From an uncultured Chitinophagaceae bacterium (lineage in GTDB: Bacteria > Bacteroidota > Bacteroidia > Chitinophagales > CAIOSU01), in the NCBI GenBank assembly GCA_964518215.1, contig CAZFFP010000009.1:138-64137 (forward strand): a DNA stretch of 64,000 nucleotides. Direction: 5' to 3'. Below, piece after piece: positions 9,300-20,700 of the stretch. How positions within the stretch are numbered: the stretch's first letter is position 1; each line of letters opens with the position of its first letter. The notes below the pieces were generated by a model that worked only from the letters and a program-made list of their open reading frames with translations, did not search any database and was not told where the DNA came from. Position numbers and translations under genes: made by a program.

Positions 9300-10329
9300 G
9301 TTCGCGAATTAAATGTTCCAACTGAAATCTTGTTCCCCATTCATCGTCATTCATTAAAGAGACGGGTTGTCCTGCTAAAATTTTTTGCGCATCATTTTGA
9401 AAAATTCGATAAATATTTTTCATTTCAGTATCGTGCTCGATGGCTGCATGTGTAAATCTTCGGTCGTGTTCCTGATGAAAAACCGGAGTGCCGAACACCA
9501 CTTCTTTCCAACGCACATAACACATTACATTAAACAATGCATCGGTATGTGTAGCAATAAAAGTGTGTTCAGGATAGCCTTTTAATTCGAGCCAGTTTTT
9601 TTTGTGCAGGAGCAAAAAATCGCCACTATTGGTGCAGTGGGTATAAAATTCCGCATTCTCAAAAACTACATGCAAACCTGCTTTCGGAAAAGTTTTATGC
9701 AGTCGAAATTTCATTAGTTGCCATTTCACTTTCAGCATATTCCAAAGGAGCAGCAAACGGTATTGATACTTTTTATTTAAACTGTTGTTCAGCCGGTATT
9801 TGTATGCTTTAAGACTTATCATTATTGCTTTGGAGAAAATATCCTTTTCGCTCCAATCTAAAATGTTTCCTGTAAAATCCACTCTGTTGGCTCGATAAAA
9901 ATGATGTTGGTCGGGTTTGTTTTCTGAAATGAATTTCACAATACTTTTGCTCAATAAAATATCAGCATTGGTAGATAAAATATAACTGCCCGAAGCCCGC
10001 CTAATGCCATAATTTTTCGCAATAAATTCAAATATCGGAACGGTTTTTCTGACCTGTTCATCAATATATTGCGCATGAATTTCTGAGGGGATATCAATAA
10101 TTTTTATGGAAACATATTTCCGCGAATCGGCAAACGAAAGACTTGATTGCAAGGTTGGATTATCGCTGACGGGATTCCAGTTAACGATAACTATTTCGGT
10201 TTTTACCCGATACTTTTCGAGCAATCGGATATTCCAATGAAGTGAATTTTGAAGCCGCTGAATAAAATCACCGCCATAATTATCATTGCGCCCGCAAACA
10301 ACAATACTCAGATAGGGTTGCTCATTCAT
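9289..10329 (-). CDS. GT-A fold (family 2-like) glycosyltransferase, paralogue 3
   Basis: The ATG at 10329 gives MNEQPYLSIVVCGRNDNYGGDF; further motifs are VNWNPV and GIRRASGSYILSTNADILL. Its 3' end overlaps the paralogue 2 start by 11 nt. Confidence 0.65.
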   Translation of the reverse strand: MNEQPYLSIVVCGRNDNYGGDFIQRLQNSLHWNIRLLEKYRVKTEIVIVNWNPVSDNPTLQSSLSFADSRKYVSIKIIDIPSEIHAQYIDEQVRKTVPIFEFIAKNYGIRRASGSYILSTNADILLSKSIVKFISENKPDQHHFYRANRVDFTGNILDWSEKDIFSKAIMISLKAYKYRLNNSLNKKYQYRLLLLWNMLKVKWQLMKFRLHKTFPKAGLHVVFENAEFYTHCTNSGDFLLLHKKNWLELKGYPEHTFIATHTDALFNVMCYVRWKEVVFGTPVFHQEHDRRFTHAAIEHDTEMKNIYRIFQNDAQKILAGQPVSLMNDDEWGTRFQLEHLIREHVF

Positions 10330-10939
10330 TATGTTGGTGTATGGCTGGTTTTTTTTTAACAGCAACAGTTTCTGCCAGAAAGCTTTTCATTTTTTCAAAT
10401 GCTCTGGCACGATGACTCACACTGTTTTTTTCTTCGAATGTAAATTGTGCAAATGTTTTTTCGCAGCCATCGGGAACAAATACCGGGTCGTAACCGAAAC
10501 CACTGCTGCCGCGCAGTTCATCAATAATTTTTCCGCTCACTATTCCTTCAAAAAGATATTCTTTCCCATCCAGAATCAGTGCAATCACGGTTCTGAATCG
10601 GGCTTTTCGGTCCGCTTCATTTTCTAAATTTTTTAAAAGAAGCGAAATATTGTCCGACATGTTTTTTTGCTCCCCTGCATATCGTGCCGAAAACACACCC
10701 GGCTCACCATTCAGGGCTCCAACTTCCAGTCCGGTGTCTTCTGCAAAGCAGTTTTGCGAAAACTGCTCAAAAACATATCGGGCTTTTTGAAGGGCATTTC
10801 CTTCTAATGTGGATTGCGTTTCTTCCAGTTCCTGCAAAAAATTCAATTCGTTCAGCGAAACTATTTTCAATTGCGGGGGCAGCATTTTTGAAATTTCTTT
10901 AACCTTATTAGGGTTTTGTGTGGCGAAAATCAGTTTCAT
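10322..10939 (-). CDS. rdgB: non-canonical purine NTP pyrophosphatase (RdgB/HAM1 family)
   Basis: MKLIFATQNPNKVKEI.., ..EDTGLEV..L.G.PGV.SARYAG.., FGYDPVF. ATG at 10939. Confidence 0.85.
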   Translation of the reverse strand: MKLIFATQNPNKVKEISKMLPPQLKIVSLNELNFLQELEETQSTLEGNALQKARYVFEQFSQNCFAEDTGLEVGALNGEPGVFSARYAGEQKNMSDNISLLLKNLENEADRKARFRTVIALILDGKEYLFEGIVSGKIIDELRGSSGFGYDPVFVPDGCEKTFAQFTFEEKNSVSHRARAFEKMKSFLAETVAVKKKPAIHQHNE

Positions 10940-11424
10940 CAATGGTTGTTTGGTTGAAACAATTGGTCGAGCGCAATTCTAAATGCTTTCTTTTTGGCAT
11001 CATCGCTTTCAATTTCAGACAATCTAAAACTTACAAAAAACGTTGTAGCTCCCAACGCGGTTATGGTATTTCTTTTTAAATCCAAATGAAGCCCCAATGA
11101 GTTTCGGGTGCCACCAAAAACAATCAGTTTTTCGCAGGGGCAAGCGGCTATAATTTCTGAGTATTTGTAAGGCTTTTCATCGCTGCAAACAAATACCGGG
11201 GTATTGTTAAAGTTGAAATGGAGGTATTTGAGAATGCGTTCTAATTGTTGTTTTTCACTTTCCTGAAGCTCGTTGTTTTCGGAAGAAAAACAGAGCACAC
11301 ACAGAGGATAATTTAAGTGTTTTTCAGTATCTGTGAGAGGCAAAGGCGCACAAACATCTTTAATGTCATATAACTCTTCATTTTTAAATATTAAATTAAT
11401 AGCTTGAATATCAACTGATTCCAT
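10939..11424 (-). CDS. hypothetical protein
   Basis: The ORF extends to 11511, but the ATG at 11424 (MESVDIQAINL..) is the plausible start. No family recognised. Its stop overlaps the rdgB start by 1 nt. Confidence 0.45.
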   Translation of the reverse strand: MESVDIQAINLIFKNEELYDIKDVCAPLPLTDTEKHLNYPLCVLCFSSENNELQESEKQQLERILKYLHFNFNNTPVFVCSDEKPYKYSEIIAACPCEKLIVFGGTRNSLGLHLDLKRNTITALGATTFFVSFRLSEIESDDAKKKAFRIALDQLFQPNNH

Positions 11425-11524
11425 GTTAAATTTCCAATTTAGTGTGCAAAAATACGGGTGCGAAACCGAAGTTATGATTATTTTTAAAACCGATAAGGAA
11501 TAGACGAACAAAAAGAAATGAGTT

Positions 11525-12604
11525 ATGAGTTATGAAATTTCAATAGAGAAAACGAATCATTCAAGACTGGCAGAGACAGACTTTAGCAATATCCCTTTCG
11601 GCAAAATTTTTTCCGACCACATGTTTGTTGCAGATTATTATGATGGCGAATGGCATGATGCGAGAATTGTTCCTTTTGGAAATCTGGAAATGCATCCGGC
11701 TACTTTTGCGCTACATTATGGTCAGGCAATTTTTGAAGGGCTCAAAGCTTTTTATACTACCGATGGCAATATTCAGGTTTTCCGACCGGATAAGAATATA
11801 GAACGCTTGAATAAATCGGCTTTCAGAATGGCAATGGCTGAAATTCCTAAAGAATTATTTACAAATGCTTTGGATTCGTTGCTTGCCTTAGATTATAAAT
11901 GGGTTCCGAAAACAGAGGGCGGCTCGTTATATATCAGACCTGTCATGTATGCCACCGATGAATATGTAGGCATCAAGCCGGGCGACAGGTTCAGATTTAT
12001 CATTTTCACCTGCCCCGTTTCAACCTATTACAGTTCTCCAGTGAAAGTATTGATTACCGACCAATATGTTCGTGCGGCAAAGGGTGGGGTAGGACAAGCA
12101 AAAGCTGCCGGTAACTATGCCGCCACTATGTATCCGGTGAAATTAGCCCGCGATGCAGGCTACGACCAGATTTTATGGACCGATGTTGTAGAATTCAAAT
12201 GGGTGCAGGAAATTGGCACCATGAATGTGTTTTTCCAATTTGGCGATATTTTAGCCACCCCTACTTTGGATGAAGGAACCATATTGGATGGAGTTACCCG
12301 CGATAGCTTGATTCAATTGCTTCGCGACAGAGGGATTACCGTTGAAGAGAGAAGAATCAGCATTGATGAAATTTTTGAGCATCATGAAAAAGGCACCCTC
12401 CATGATGCCTTTGGCGCAGGAACGGCTGCTACTGTTGCGCCCATTGGTTTGATGGGGTATAAAGGAAAGCAATTTGAAATTCCCGATAATAAGAACCGCA
12501 TTTGTTATAGCCTGAAAGAAGAACTGGAAGCTATTCGCTACGGAACAGCAGAAGACCGTCATGGTTGGTTGCACAAAATTCAGGTTCCTGACTTGGTTTC
12601 TTAA
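11525..12604 (+). CDS. ilvE: branched-chain amino acid aminotransferase (class IV)
   Basis: 359 aa. Contains ..HYGQAIFEGLKAF.., ..GGSLYIRP.. and ..GGVGQAKAAGNYA.., which are typical of IlvE. Confidence 0.88.
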   Translation: MSYEISIEKTNHSRLAETDFSNIPFGKIFSDHMFVADYYDGEWHDARIVPFGNLEMHPATFALHYGQAIFEGLKAFYTTDGNIQVFRPDKNIERLNKSAFRMAMAEIPKELFTNALDSLLALDYKWVPKTEGGSLYIRPVMYATDEYVGIKPGDRFRFIIFTCPVSTYYSSPVKVLITDQYVRAAKGGVGQAKAAGNYAATMYPVKLARDAGYDQILWTDVVEFKWVQEIGTMNVFFQFGDILATPTLDEGTILDGVTRDSLIQLLRDRGITVEERRISIDEIFEHHEKGTLHDAFGAGTAATVAPIGLMGYKGKQFEIPDNKNRICYSLKEELEAIRYGTAEDRHGWLHKIQVPDLVS

Positions 12605-12622
12605 CCTTCCAATTATTGAAGT

Positions 12623-12961
12623 TTATCTCGATTTATGCCTGTAACCGAGTTGTGTTAGCAAATCACTCGCTTTTTGCCTGAAATCGCCTTGAAGAATAAT
12701 TTGCCCGTCTTTCACACTGCCTCCGGTGCCGCATTTGGTTTTCAGCGTTTTTGAGAGCGTTTCCAAATCTTCAGGTGTCCCGACAAAACGGTCAATGATG
12801 GTTACGGCTTTTCCTTTTCTTTGATGCGTATCTAAAAAAACAAAAAGGTTTTGTTTGGAAGGGGGCAGGGTTTCCTGAGCTTCTTCCTGCTCATATTGAT
12901 ATTGAAAATCGGGATTGGTAGAATATACAATGCCCGATTTGTTTTTGTTTTTATTGCCCAT
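12623..12961 (-). CDS. yciH: SUI1/eIF1-like translation initiation factor (YciH family)
   Basis: The ATG at 12961 gives MGNKNKNK... The C-terminal ..KGKAVTII..F.G...L..L.K.LK.KCGTGGSVKDG.I.LQGD.R.. is the SUI1 fold signature. Confidence 0.75.
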   Translation of the reverse strand: MGNKNKNKSGIVYSTNPDFQYQYEQEEAQETLPPSKQNLFVFLDTHQRKGKAVTIIDRFVGTPEDLETLSKTLKTKCGTGGSVKDGQIILQGDFRQKASDLLTQLGYRHKSR

Positions 12962-12963
12962 AA

Positions 12964-13797
12964 TCAAACTGCTTTCAAACTTAAATCTAAACTTTTGTAA
13001 GAGTGTGTAAGTGCGCCTACCGAAATATAATCTACTCCGGTGGCGGCATAATCACGAACCGTTTCTAAAGTAACCCCACCCGAAACTTCGGTTTCAAATT
13101 TCCGAGCTATCAGTTTCACCGCTTCATTTATATGTTCCAAAGAAAAATTATCGAGCATGATTCGATGCACCTTTCCGACCTTTAAAATTTCTGCCACCTG
13201 ATTCAGATTACCGGCTTCAATTTCAATCTTAAGGTCTAACGATTTTACTTTTAGATAATCATTAGCTCGCAATATTGCCTGTTCAATGCCGCCCGCATAG
13301 CTGATGTGATTGTCTTTTATCATGAGCATATCATACAGCGCAAAGCGGTGGTTTTCGCCTCCACCCAACCGAACGGCTTTTTTTTCAAAATATCTGAAAT
13401 TGGGCGTGGTTTTTCTGGTGTCTAAAATTTTAGCGCTGAAGCCTTCCACCGCTTTCACATATTTGTTGGTGAGCGTGGCAATGCCGCTCATGCGTTGCAT
13501 AATATTCAATGCCAACCGTTCAGCTTTCAGTATGGATTGTGAACTGCCCGAAAGGGTAAAAGCCGTATCGCCTACTTTAACCGGACTTCCGTCTTTCAAA
13601 TAAATTTCAGTTTCAAGGTGAGCATCTACTAAGCGAAACACTTCCAAGGCTTCTTCCACTCCTGCAAGAATGCCATCGGCTTTCACTTTCAAAATCGCTT
13701 TGCTTTGAGCATCGGCAGGAATACAGGCTAACGAAGTATGGTCGCCAGAGCCGACATCTTCATTAATGGCATGGATAAGAAATTCGTTGAGTGTCAA
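12964..13797 (-). CDS. nadC: nicotinate-nucleotide pyrophosphorylase (carboxylating)
   Basis: 277 aa with an apparent TTG start. Contains ..INEDVGSGDHTS.., ..ILDTRKTTP..R..EK.AV..GGG.NHR..L.D..LIKDNH. Confidence 0.88.
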   Translation of the reverse strand: MTLNEFLIHAINEDVGSGDHTSLACIPADAQSKAILKVKADGILAGVEEALEVFRLVDAHLETEIYLKDGSPVKVGDTAFTLSGSSQSILKAERLALNIMQRMSGIATLTNKYVKAVEGFSAKILDTRKTTPNFRYFEKKAVRLGGGENHRFALYDMLMIKDNHISYAGGIEQAILRANDYLKVKSLDLKIEIEAGNLNQVAEILKVGKVHRIMLDNFSLEHINEAVKLIARKFETEVSGGVTLETVRDYAATGVDYISVGALTHSYKSLDLSLKAV

Positions 13798-13808
13798 GGC
13801 GGCAGCAC

Positions 13809-14201
13809 TTAATCTTTTTCAAAACGGATTTCCTGAACCAGATAAGCCGAGCCTTTCTGTTTAATATAGATATAGGTGCGGAACGAACCCGAAGAAGTAA
13901 CCAAAGTTCCAATGGCATATTCAGAGCCTTGACTCGAAGCGCCTTTGTGAATTACTTTGAAAGAAACAGGCGAATGTTTGCTAAAAAAGTCTTTAATAAC
14001 CATTTCTGCCTGAGTTTTGCTATACATTTCTTCTTTGTTGTAAACGGTAATGTCCACATTGCTGTCGAAATGTTTTGCCAACTCGCGGGCATTGCCTACC
14101 TGCAAAGCGGCTGCAATATCTTCAAGGGTTCCGGCTCCGAGCGTAAACGCCTGAACAGATAAGAAAAGCATGATGAACAATGGTGTGAAAGTGTTTTTCA
14201 T
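13809..14201 (-). CDS. DUF4783-like secreted protein
   Basis: The ATG at 14201 gives a signal peptide, MKNTFTPLFIMLFLSVQA. The nadC-adjacent position and the C-terminal ..YIYIKQKG..YLVQEIRFEKD resemble the Bacteroidota DUF4783 family (recalled). Confidence 0.55.
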   Translation of the reverse strand: MKNTFTPLFIMLFLSVQAFTLGAGTLEDIAAALQVGNARELAKHFDSNVDITVYNKEEMYSKTQAEMVIKDFFSKHSPVSFKVIHKGASSQGSEYAIGTLVTSSGSFRTYIYIKQKGSAYLVQEIRFEKD

Positions 14202-14288
14202 AACTGTGGTTGGTCTAAAAGTGTGCCAATAACCGAAAATGAAGTTAGACAAATCTGAAACAGTCTCCAACTCATTATCTTTGGCGCT

Positions 14289-14867
14289 GTGTTGAAACAA
14301 CTATTTTCATCAAATATACTCAACGTTGCGTTGTTGTGGATATTACTTTCGGGTTTTTGTTCGTGCCATAACCCTACTGAGGTAAGTGCCGTTGGAATTC
14401 AATATTTCGACCTGAAAGTGTTTTTCGAGCAGGAAACCAAAAGTTTGAAACAAACGAATCCGAAAATTCATAAAGCAGTTTTGTTGAATGGAAAGCGCGA
14501 AACTGCCGAAATGTATATTGATGATTGGGAAAAAGAATTGATGACTTTTGCAGAAGCCGACATTAACAAGGCTGCATTTTTAGGGAAATATGATGTGGAT
14601 ACTGTTTTTTCAGCATTCTATTTGCCTGTAAAAATTACCTATAAAGCTTTAGACGAAAATTTGAAAACCCGTTTTTTGGAAATAGAGTATGACGAAGCCA
14701 CTCAAAACCCTCAAAAAATATCTGTAAGCCTTTTTGCCAAAAACACGCTCTATTATTCCGAACAACATTTAAAATATGAAAAAGGGGTGCAATACTCTGT
14801 GTCGGGCAAACAAGAAATCAGGTTTTTAAATCCTGATGAATTTAGAGTAGAGGTGATGTTTAATTAA
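14289..14867 (+). CDS. hypothetical lipoprotein
   Basis: GTG/TTG start region. ..LLWILLSGFCSCHNP is a lipoprotein signal. No family recognised and the start is uncertain. Confidence 0.5.
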   Translation: MLKQLFSSNILNVALLWILLSGFCSCHNPTEVSAVGIQYFDLKVFFEQETKSLKQTNPKIHKAVLLNGKRETAEMYIDDWEKELMTFAEADINKAAFLGKYDVDTVFSAFYLPVKITYKALDENLKTRFLEIEYDEATQNPQKISVSLFAKNTLYYSEQHLKYEKGVQYSVSGKQEIRFLNPDEFRVEVMFN

Positions 14868-15336
14868 ACTGTTATTCGAACTGCTTCACTGTTTTACTTA
14901 TTTCGTTTTTTAGAGTGTCTTTTTTTTCAAATGACGCAACTTTCAATCCATCGTCTTTGCGAGGAATGTTTTGGTCATGCGTATAGTGTGCCGATGCATT
15001 CATGTACTTTAACCTAATAATGTTTTTTTCATGCTTTCATTTCTTTTTACAGAAGAAACGAAACAAAGAAAAGCGCAAATGGCAAAAGCTCCGCCTGCCA
15101 TTTGCCGGCTCGCGCGCCATTGCTTTGATTGAAATGAATCACTATTTGTCGTTATCTTTTTTTAAAAACAATCACACTAATCATACAAATCATAGTTCAG
15201 CCAAATGGCGCTTGACCGGTCGGATATAATTCATACCTCAAAGTTTGATATGAATGTATGAAGTTTCTTCTTTTAGTTATACTATTTTTGAACTGTTAGA
15301 TGAGGGATATTTTCACAGCCTGATGTTTGCAACAAT

Positions 15337-15810
15337 ATGAAAAAGTATTCAGTGATATTCCCAATTTTACTGCTATGGACTCTGACTTTATGGGGACAAA
15401 CTATTGACCAAAAAGACAGTCTGGAAATTGTGAATAAAGTTAACATCCTTTTTGACTTGTTCGAAAATCCAGACTTCACAGACTTTGAAAAAATATCGAC
15501 ACAAAAAATTTATTGCATAATTTGTTTTCACCTGCCTGTTTCTGATGAAGAATGGTCTATTCTTGACAGAAAAGAATTCTTTGACAATCATTTGAACAAA
15601 ATAAAACGGTCTGACAAATTTATTCGAGCTACAAAGTCAAAGGAAATCATGTTTATAAGAGAAAATAATGTTGGAGCGGACATTTCAATTTTCTTCACTA
15701 TTTACCAACAAGACGAACTTGCTCCAGGACATGAAGGTGGACAATTTGGAATTTCTTTCAAGAAAGTGAATGGAGAGTTCAAATTTGCAGGAATGGAGAC
15801 GGTTCCATAG
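15337..15810 (+). CDS. hypothetical secreted protein
   Basis: 157 aa with a signal peptide, MKKYSVIFPILLLWTLTLWGQ. AT-rich. No family recognised. Confidence 0.5.
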   Translation: MKKYSVIFPILLLWTLTLWGQTIDQKDSLEIVNKVNILFDLFENPDFTDFEKISTQKIYCIICFHLPVSDEEWSILDRKEFFDNHLNKIKRSDKFIRATKSKEIMFIRENNVGADISIFFTIYQQDELAPGHEGGQFGISFKKVNGEFKFAGMETVP

Positions 15811-15941
15811 AAAAAAAACCAGTGGCGCAGCCTTTGCTATACTTTTCAACGCTTTCGACTTTTGTCTTTGTTGTTGCGAATTAAAAACAATAAAAGTTGA
15901 GGTAGCGGTATAAGGGATGAAGCCAATTATCGCCAACCGAA

Positions 15942-15971
15942 TTTGAATCCCCGCTTGTTTTGTTATATTTG
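15942..15971 (+). promoter_or_regulatory. candidate Bacteroidota-type promoter for pyrR-pyrB
   Basis: TTTG at 15942-15945 and TATATTTG (TAnnTTTG -7 consensus) at 15964-15971, spaced 18 nt, lying 16 nt before the pyrR ATG. Confidence 0.3.
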
Positions 15972-15986
15972 CCCAACCATCGTTTC

Positions 15987-16537
<551 letters not shown>

Positions 16538-16541
<4 letters not shown>

Positions 16542-17476
16542 GTTCACTCAGTGTCAATCATTTGTTAGGCATCAAATCGCTCACCAAGGAAGATATTGAA
16601 CTCATTTTTAAAACTGCCGATAATTTCAAGGACATTCTCAACCGTCCCATTAAAAAAGTGCCTTCGCTCCGCGACATCACCATTGCCAATATTTTTTTTG
16701 AAAACTCCACCCGCACCCGCATTTCGTTTGAATTGGCAGAAAAACGCCTTTCGGCAGATACCGTTAATTTTTCCGCCTCCGGCTCTTCGGTGAAAAAAGG
16801 CGAAACATTAGTGGATACAGTGAAAAACATTTTAGCCATGAAAGTGGATATGGTGGTGATGCGCCATTCCAGTCCCGGTGCTTGTGTGTTTCTCTCGAAA
16901 AATATTGATGCGCAAATTATCAACGCGGGCGATGGCACTCATGAGCACCCTACACAAGCTTTGTTAGATGCTTATTCCATTCGCGAAAAATTGGGTAAAG
17001 AAAGTTTCAAAGGAACCAAAGTTGCCATTATCGGAGACATTACCCATTCGCGCGTTGCGCTTTCCAATATTTTTTGCCTGAAAAAATTAGGCGCGGAAGT
17101 GATGCTGGCAGGACCGCCCACACTCATCCCTAAACATCAGGAATCGCTGGGCGTGAAAGTTACCTACAACGTGCAGGAAGCATTGGAATGGTGCGATGTG
17201 GCAAACGTGTTACGCATTCAGTTGGAAAGGCAAAACATCAAATATTTTCCTTCGCTCAGAGAATACTCGCGCTATTTCGGTATCAACAAAAAAACTTTAG
17301 ACAGTCTGAAAAAGAAAATCGTGGTGATGCACCCCGGACCGATTAATCGTGGCGTGGAACTTTCGTCCGATGCAGCCGATTCAGACCAGTCTATCATTCT
17401 GCAGCAAGTGGAAAATGGAGTGGCTATTCGCATGGCAGTGTTGTATCTGTTAGCCGATAAAAGCAAAGTGTTGTAA
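16538..17476 (+). CDS. pyrB: aspartate carbamoyltransferase catalytic subunit
   Basis: Contains ..FFENSTRTR.SFE.A..RL, ..HEHPTQALLD.. and ..HPGP.NRGVE.., the canonical ATCase motifs. Confidence 0.92.
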
Positions 17477-17776
17477 AAGCGCCATTTCAATTTTATTTAT
17501 TTGAATACTTCTCATTTTCGCTATCATTCCTTATTATTACAACAACATATTCGGGCTTACATTCATGTAATTCTGATGATGTTTCACAACCAACCACCAA
17601 TTTTTTCTTGATTTATTAGTGCTGTGAATAAATTGCAGTAGCGGGCTATAAGGTTGATTTTGATGTTACACGGATTTGTTTCCTTTCAACATTAAAAATT
17701 TTCAGCCTTAATAACCTTCAGAGTATTCCTGTTTTTCGCTTCACTAAATCAAAAACAAATACCCCCCGAAAAATAA

Positions 17777-20700
17777 ATGACAGAAAGCACTACACAACCA
17801 ACACAAGGACTCTACAACGAAGCATTTGAAAAAGACTCGTGCGGCATCGGTTTTATAGCCAATCTGAAAGGAAAAAAAACACATTCGAGTATCAGCGATG
17901 CGCTCACCATTCTCGAAAACATGGAGCATCGGGGAGCCTGCGGATGCGAAGAAAACACAGGCGATGGCGCGGGCATTCTGATTCAGATTCCTCACGAATT
18001 TTTGTTTCAGGAATGTTCCAAATTGGGTTTCATTTTGCCTGCTTCGGGCAAGTATGGTGTGGGAGTAGTGTTCTTTTCAAAAGATAAAAACATTCAGGAG
18101 CAATCGCGCGAAATTTTATTGCGCGCTGCCGAAAAGTTGGGCTTGGATATTTTGGGTTTCAGAAAAGTGCCGGTGAACACTAGCGGCATTGGCGAAACTG
18201 CCCTTTCGGTGGAGCCTGATATGGAACAGGTGTTTGTTGCCTGCCCCGATAATATTACCGAACAGGACGATTTTGAACGCAAACTTTATGTGCTGCGCAA
18301 TTTTGCCACACATACGGTTTACAGCACCGTGAAAAAAGATTCGGTCGGTTTTTACATCGCATCATTATCGAGCAAAACTATTGTTTACAAAGGGCAGCTC
18401 ACCAGCCATCAGGTGCGCACTTATTTTAAAGACCTCAACGATAAGCGTGTGGTATCGGCTTTCGGGCTGATTCATTCGCGCTTTGCTACCAACACCTTTC
18501 CTTCCTGGCGTTTGGCACAGCCGTTCAGGTTTATTGCGCACAATGGCGAAATCAATACCATTCAGGGAAATATCAATTGGCTCAAAACCAGTGAATACAG
18601 TTTCGTTACTCCTTATTTTACCAAAGAAGAATTAGACCTTTTGTTACCCGTAATTCCGGGCGCTCAGTCAGATTCCGCGAGTCTGGATAATATGATTGAA
18701 TTGCTCACATTCTGCGGAAGGTCGTTGCCGCATGTCATGATGATGCTCATTCCCGAAGCGTGGGACAATGACGATATGATGGATGCCGAGCGCAAAGCGT
18801 TTTATGAATTTCACGCATCGTTTATGGAGCCGTGGGATGGTCCGGCTTCTATTTCTTTTACCGATGGAAAAATTATTGGCGCTACACTCGACCGCAACGG
18901 ATTGCGCCCCAGTCGCTACTGCATCACTAATGACCACCGTGTCATTATGGCATCCGAATCGGGAGTGCTGCCCGTGCCAGCCGAAATTGTGATTGAGAAA
19001 GGAAGACTACAGCCCGGAAAGATGTTTATTGTTGACATTGAAGAAGGCAGAGTAGTGAGCGATGATGAATTGAAGAAAAAAATATGTTCTCAAAAGCCTT
19101 ATGGCGAATGGCTCTCTCAACATAAAATTACCTTGGAAGATTTGCCTGCGCCCCGCGTCATGTTCACGCATCTCGAACCGGAGCAGGTGTTGAAATACCA
19201 AAAAGTTTTCGGCTACACCACCGAAGATTTGGAAACCATCATTGCCCCGATGGCTTTAGATTCGAAAGAACCCATCGGCTCTATGGGGACCGATGCGCCA
19301 TTGGCGGTTCTCAGCAACAAGCCTCAGCATTTATGCAATTATTTCAAACAACTTTTTGCACAGGTAACCAATCCGCCTATTGACCCCATTCGCGAACGAA
19401 ACGTCATGTCGCTTTCTTCGTTTGTGGGCAATCATGGCAATATACTCACAGAAGACTCCATCAATTGTCACACGGTAGTATTGCCCGCTCCGGTAATTAA
19501 TCATTTCGATTTGGAGCGCATCAGAAGTATTGACACCGGCTTGTTTCAGTCGAAAACTTTACAGAGTTATTTCAAAGCCGATGGCAAGCCCGGTTCGCTC
19601 AAAAAAGGTCTCGACCGCCTGTGCCGCTATGCGGTGGACGCAGTGGAAGATGGTTTTGAAGTGCTTATTATTTCCGACCGCGCCATTGATTCGGAACATG
19701 CACCCATTCCTTCATTATTGGCAACTTCGGCAGTGCATCATCACCTCATTCGCAAAGGTTACAGAGGCAAAGTGGGTTTAATAATTGAAGCGGGCGATGT
19801 GTGGGAAGTGCATCATTTTGCCTGCTTGATTGCGTTTGGCGCTACTGCCGTGAATCCATATCTGGCACTGTCAACCGTGCGTATCATGAAAGAAACCGGT
19901 GCGTTGCAATCGGAAATGGCGGTGCAGCAATTGCGCCTCAATTATATCGAAGCGGTCAATACCGGATTGCTCAAAGTGCTTTCCAAAATGGGCATTTCCA
20001 CCATTCAATCATATCAGGGTGCGCAGATTTTTGAAATTATCGGGTTGAGCAGTCAGGTGGTAGAGCGCTATTTCACAGGAGCCACTTCACGTATTGAAGG
20101 TTTGGATTTAGATGATATTGCCGAAGAAGTTTTAACACATCATCGTTTCGCTTTCAGCAAAAAAGAATTACCCGGCAGCCGTCTCAATGCCGGTGGCGTG
20201 TATAAGTGGAATCGGAAAGGAGAGTTTCATTTGTTCAATCCGCAAACGATTCATTTGCTGCAACATTCAGTGCGCACCGATGATTATTCAGTATTTAAAA
20301 AATATTCCAACCTTATTAATCATCAGGAAGAAAAAGCCTGCACGTTGCGGAGTCTTTTCGATTTTAAAAAGAATAGAAAATCTATTCCGCTCGAAGAAGT
20401 AGAGTCTGCTGAAAATATTTATAAAAGGTTTGCCACAGGAGCCATGTCGTTTGGTTCTATTTCGTGGGAAGCGCACACTACGCTTGCCGTTGCCATGAAC
20501 CGCATTGGCGGCAAAAGTAATACAGGAGAAGGCGGTGAAGACGAAGCGCGCTACGAGCCGATGCCCAATGGCGATTCCATGCGCTCGTCCATCAAGCAAA
20601 TTGCTTCGGGAAGGTTTGGTGTAACGAGTTTGTATTTGAGCGAAGCCGATGAACTGCAAATAAAAATGAGTCAGGGCGCGAAGCCGGGCGAAGGTGGACA

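Noticed and set aside
14872-15003. 43-codon minus-strand ORF (MNASAHYTHDQNIPRKDDGLKVASFEKKDTLKNEISKTVKQFE) in the 470-bp spacer after the 14289..14867 gene.
   Set aside because: No recognisable family or signal, and no way to distinguish it from chance without conservation data. Not reported as a feature.
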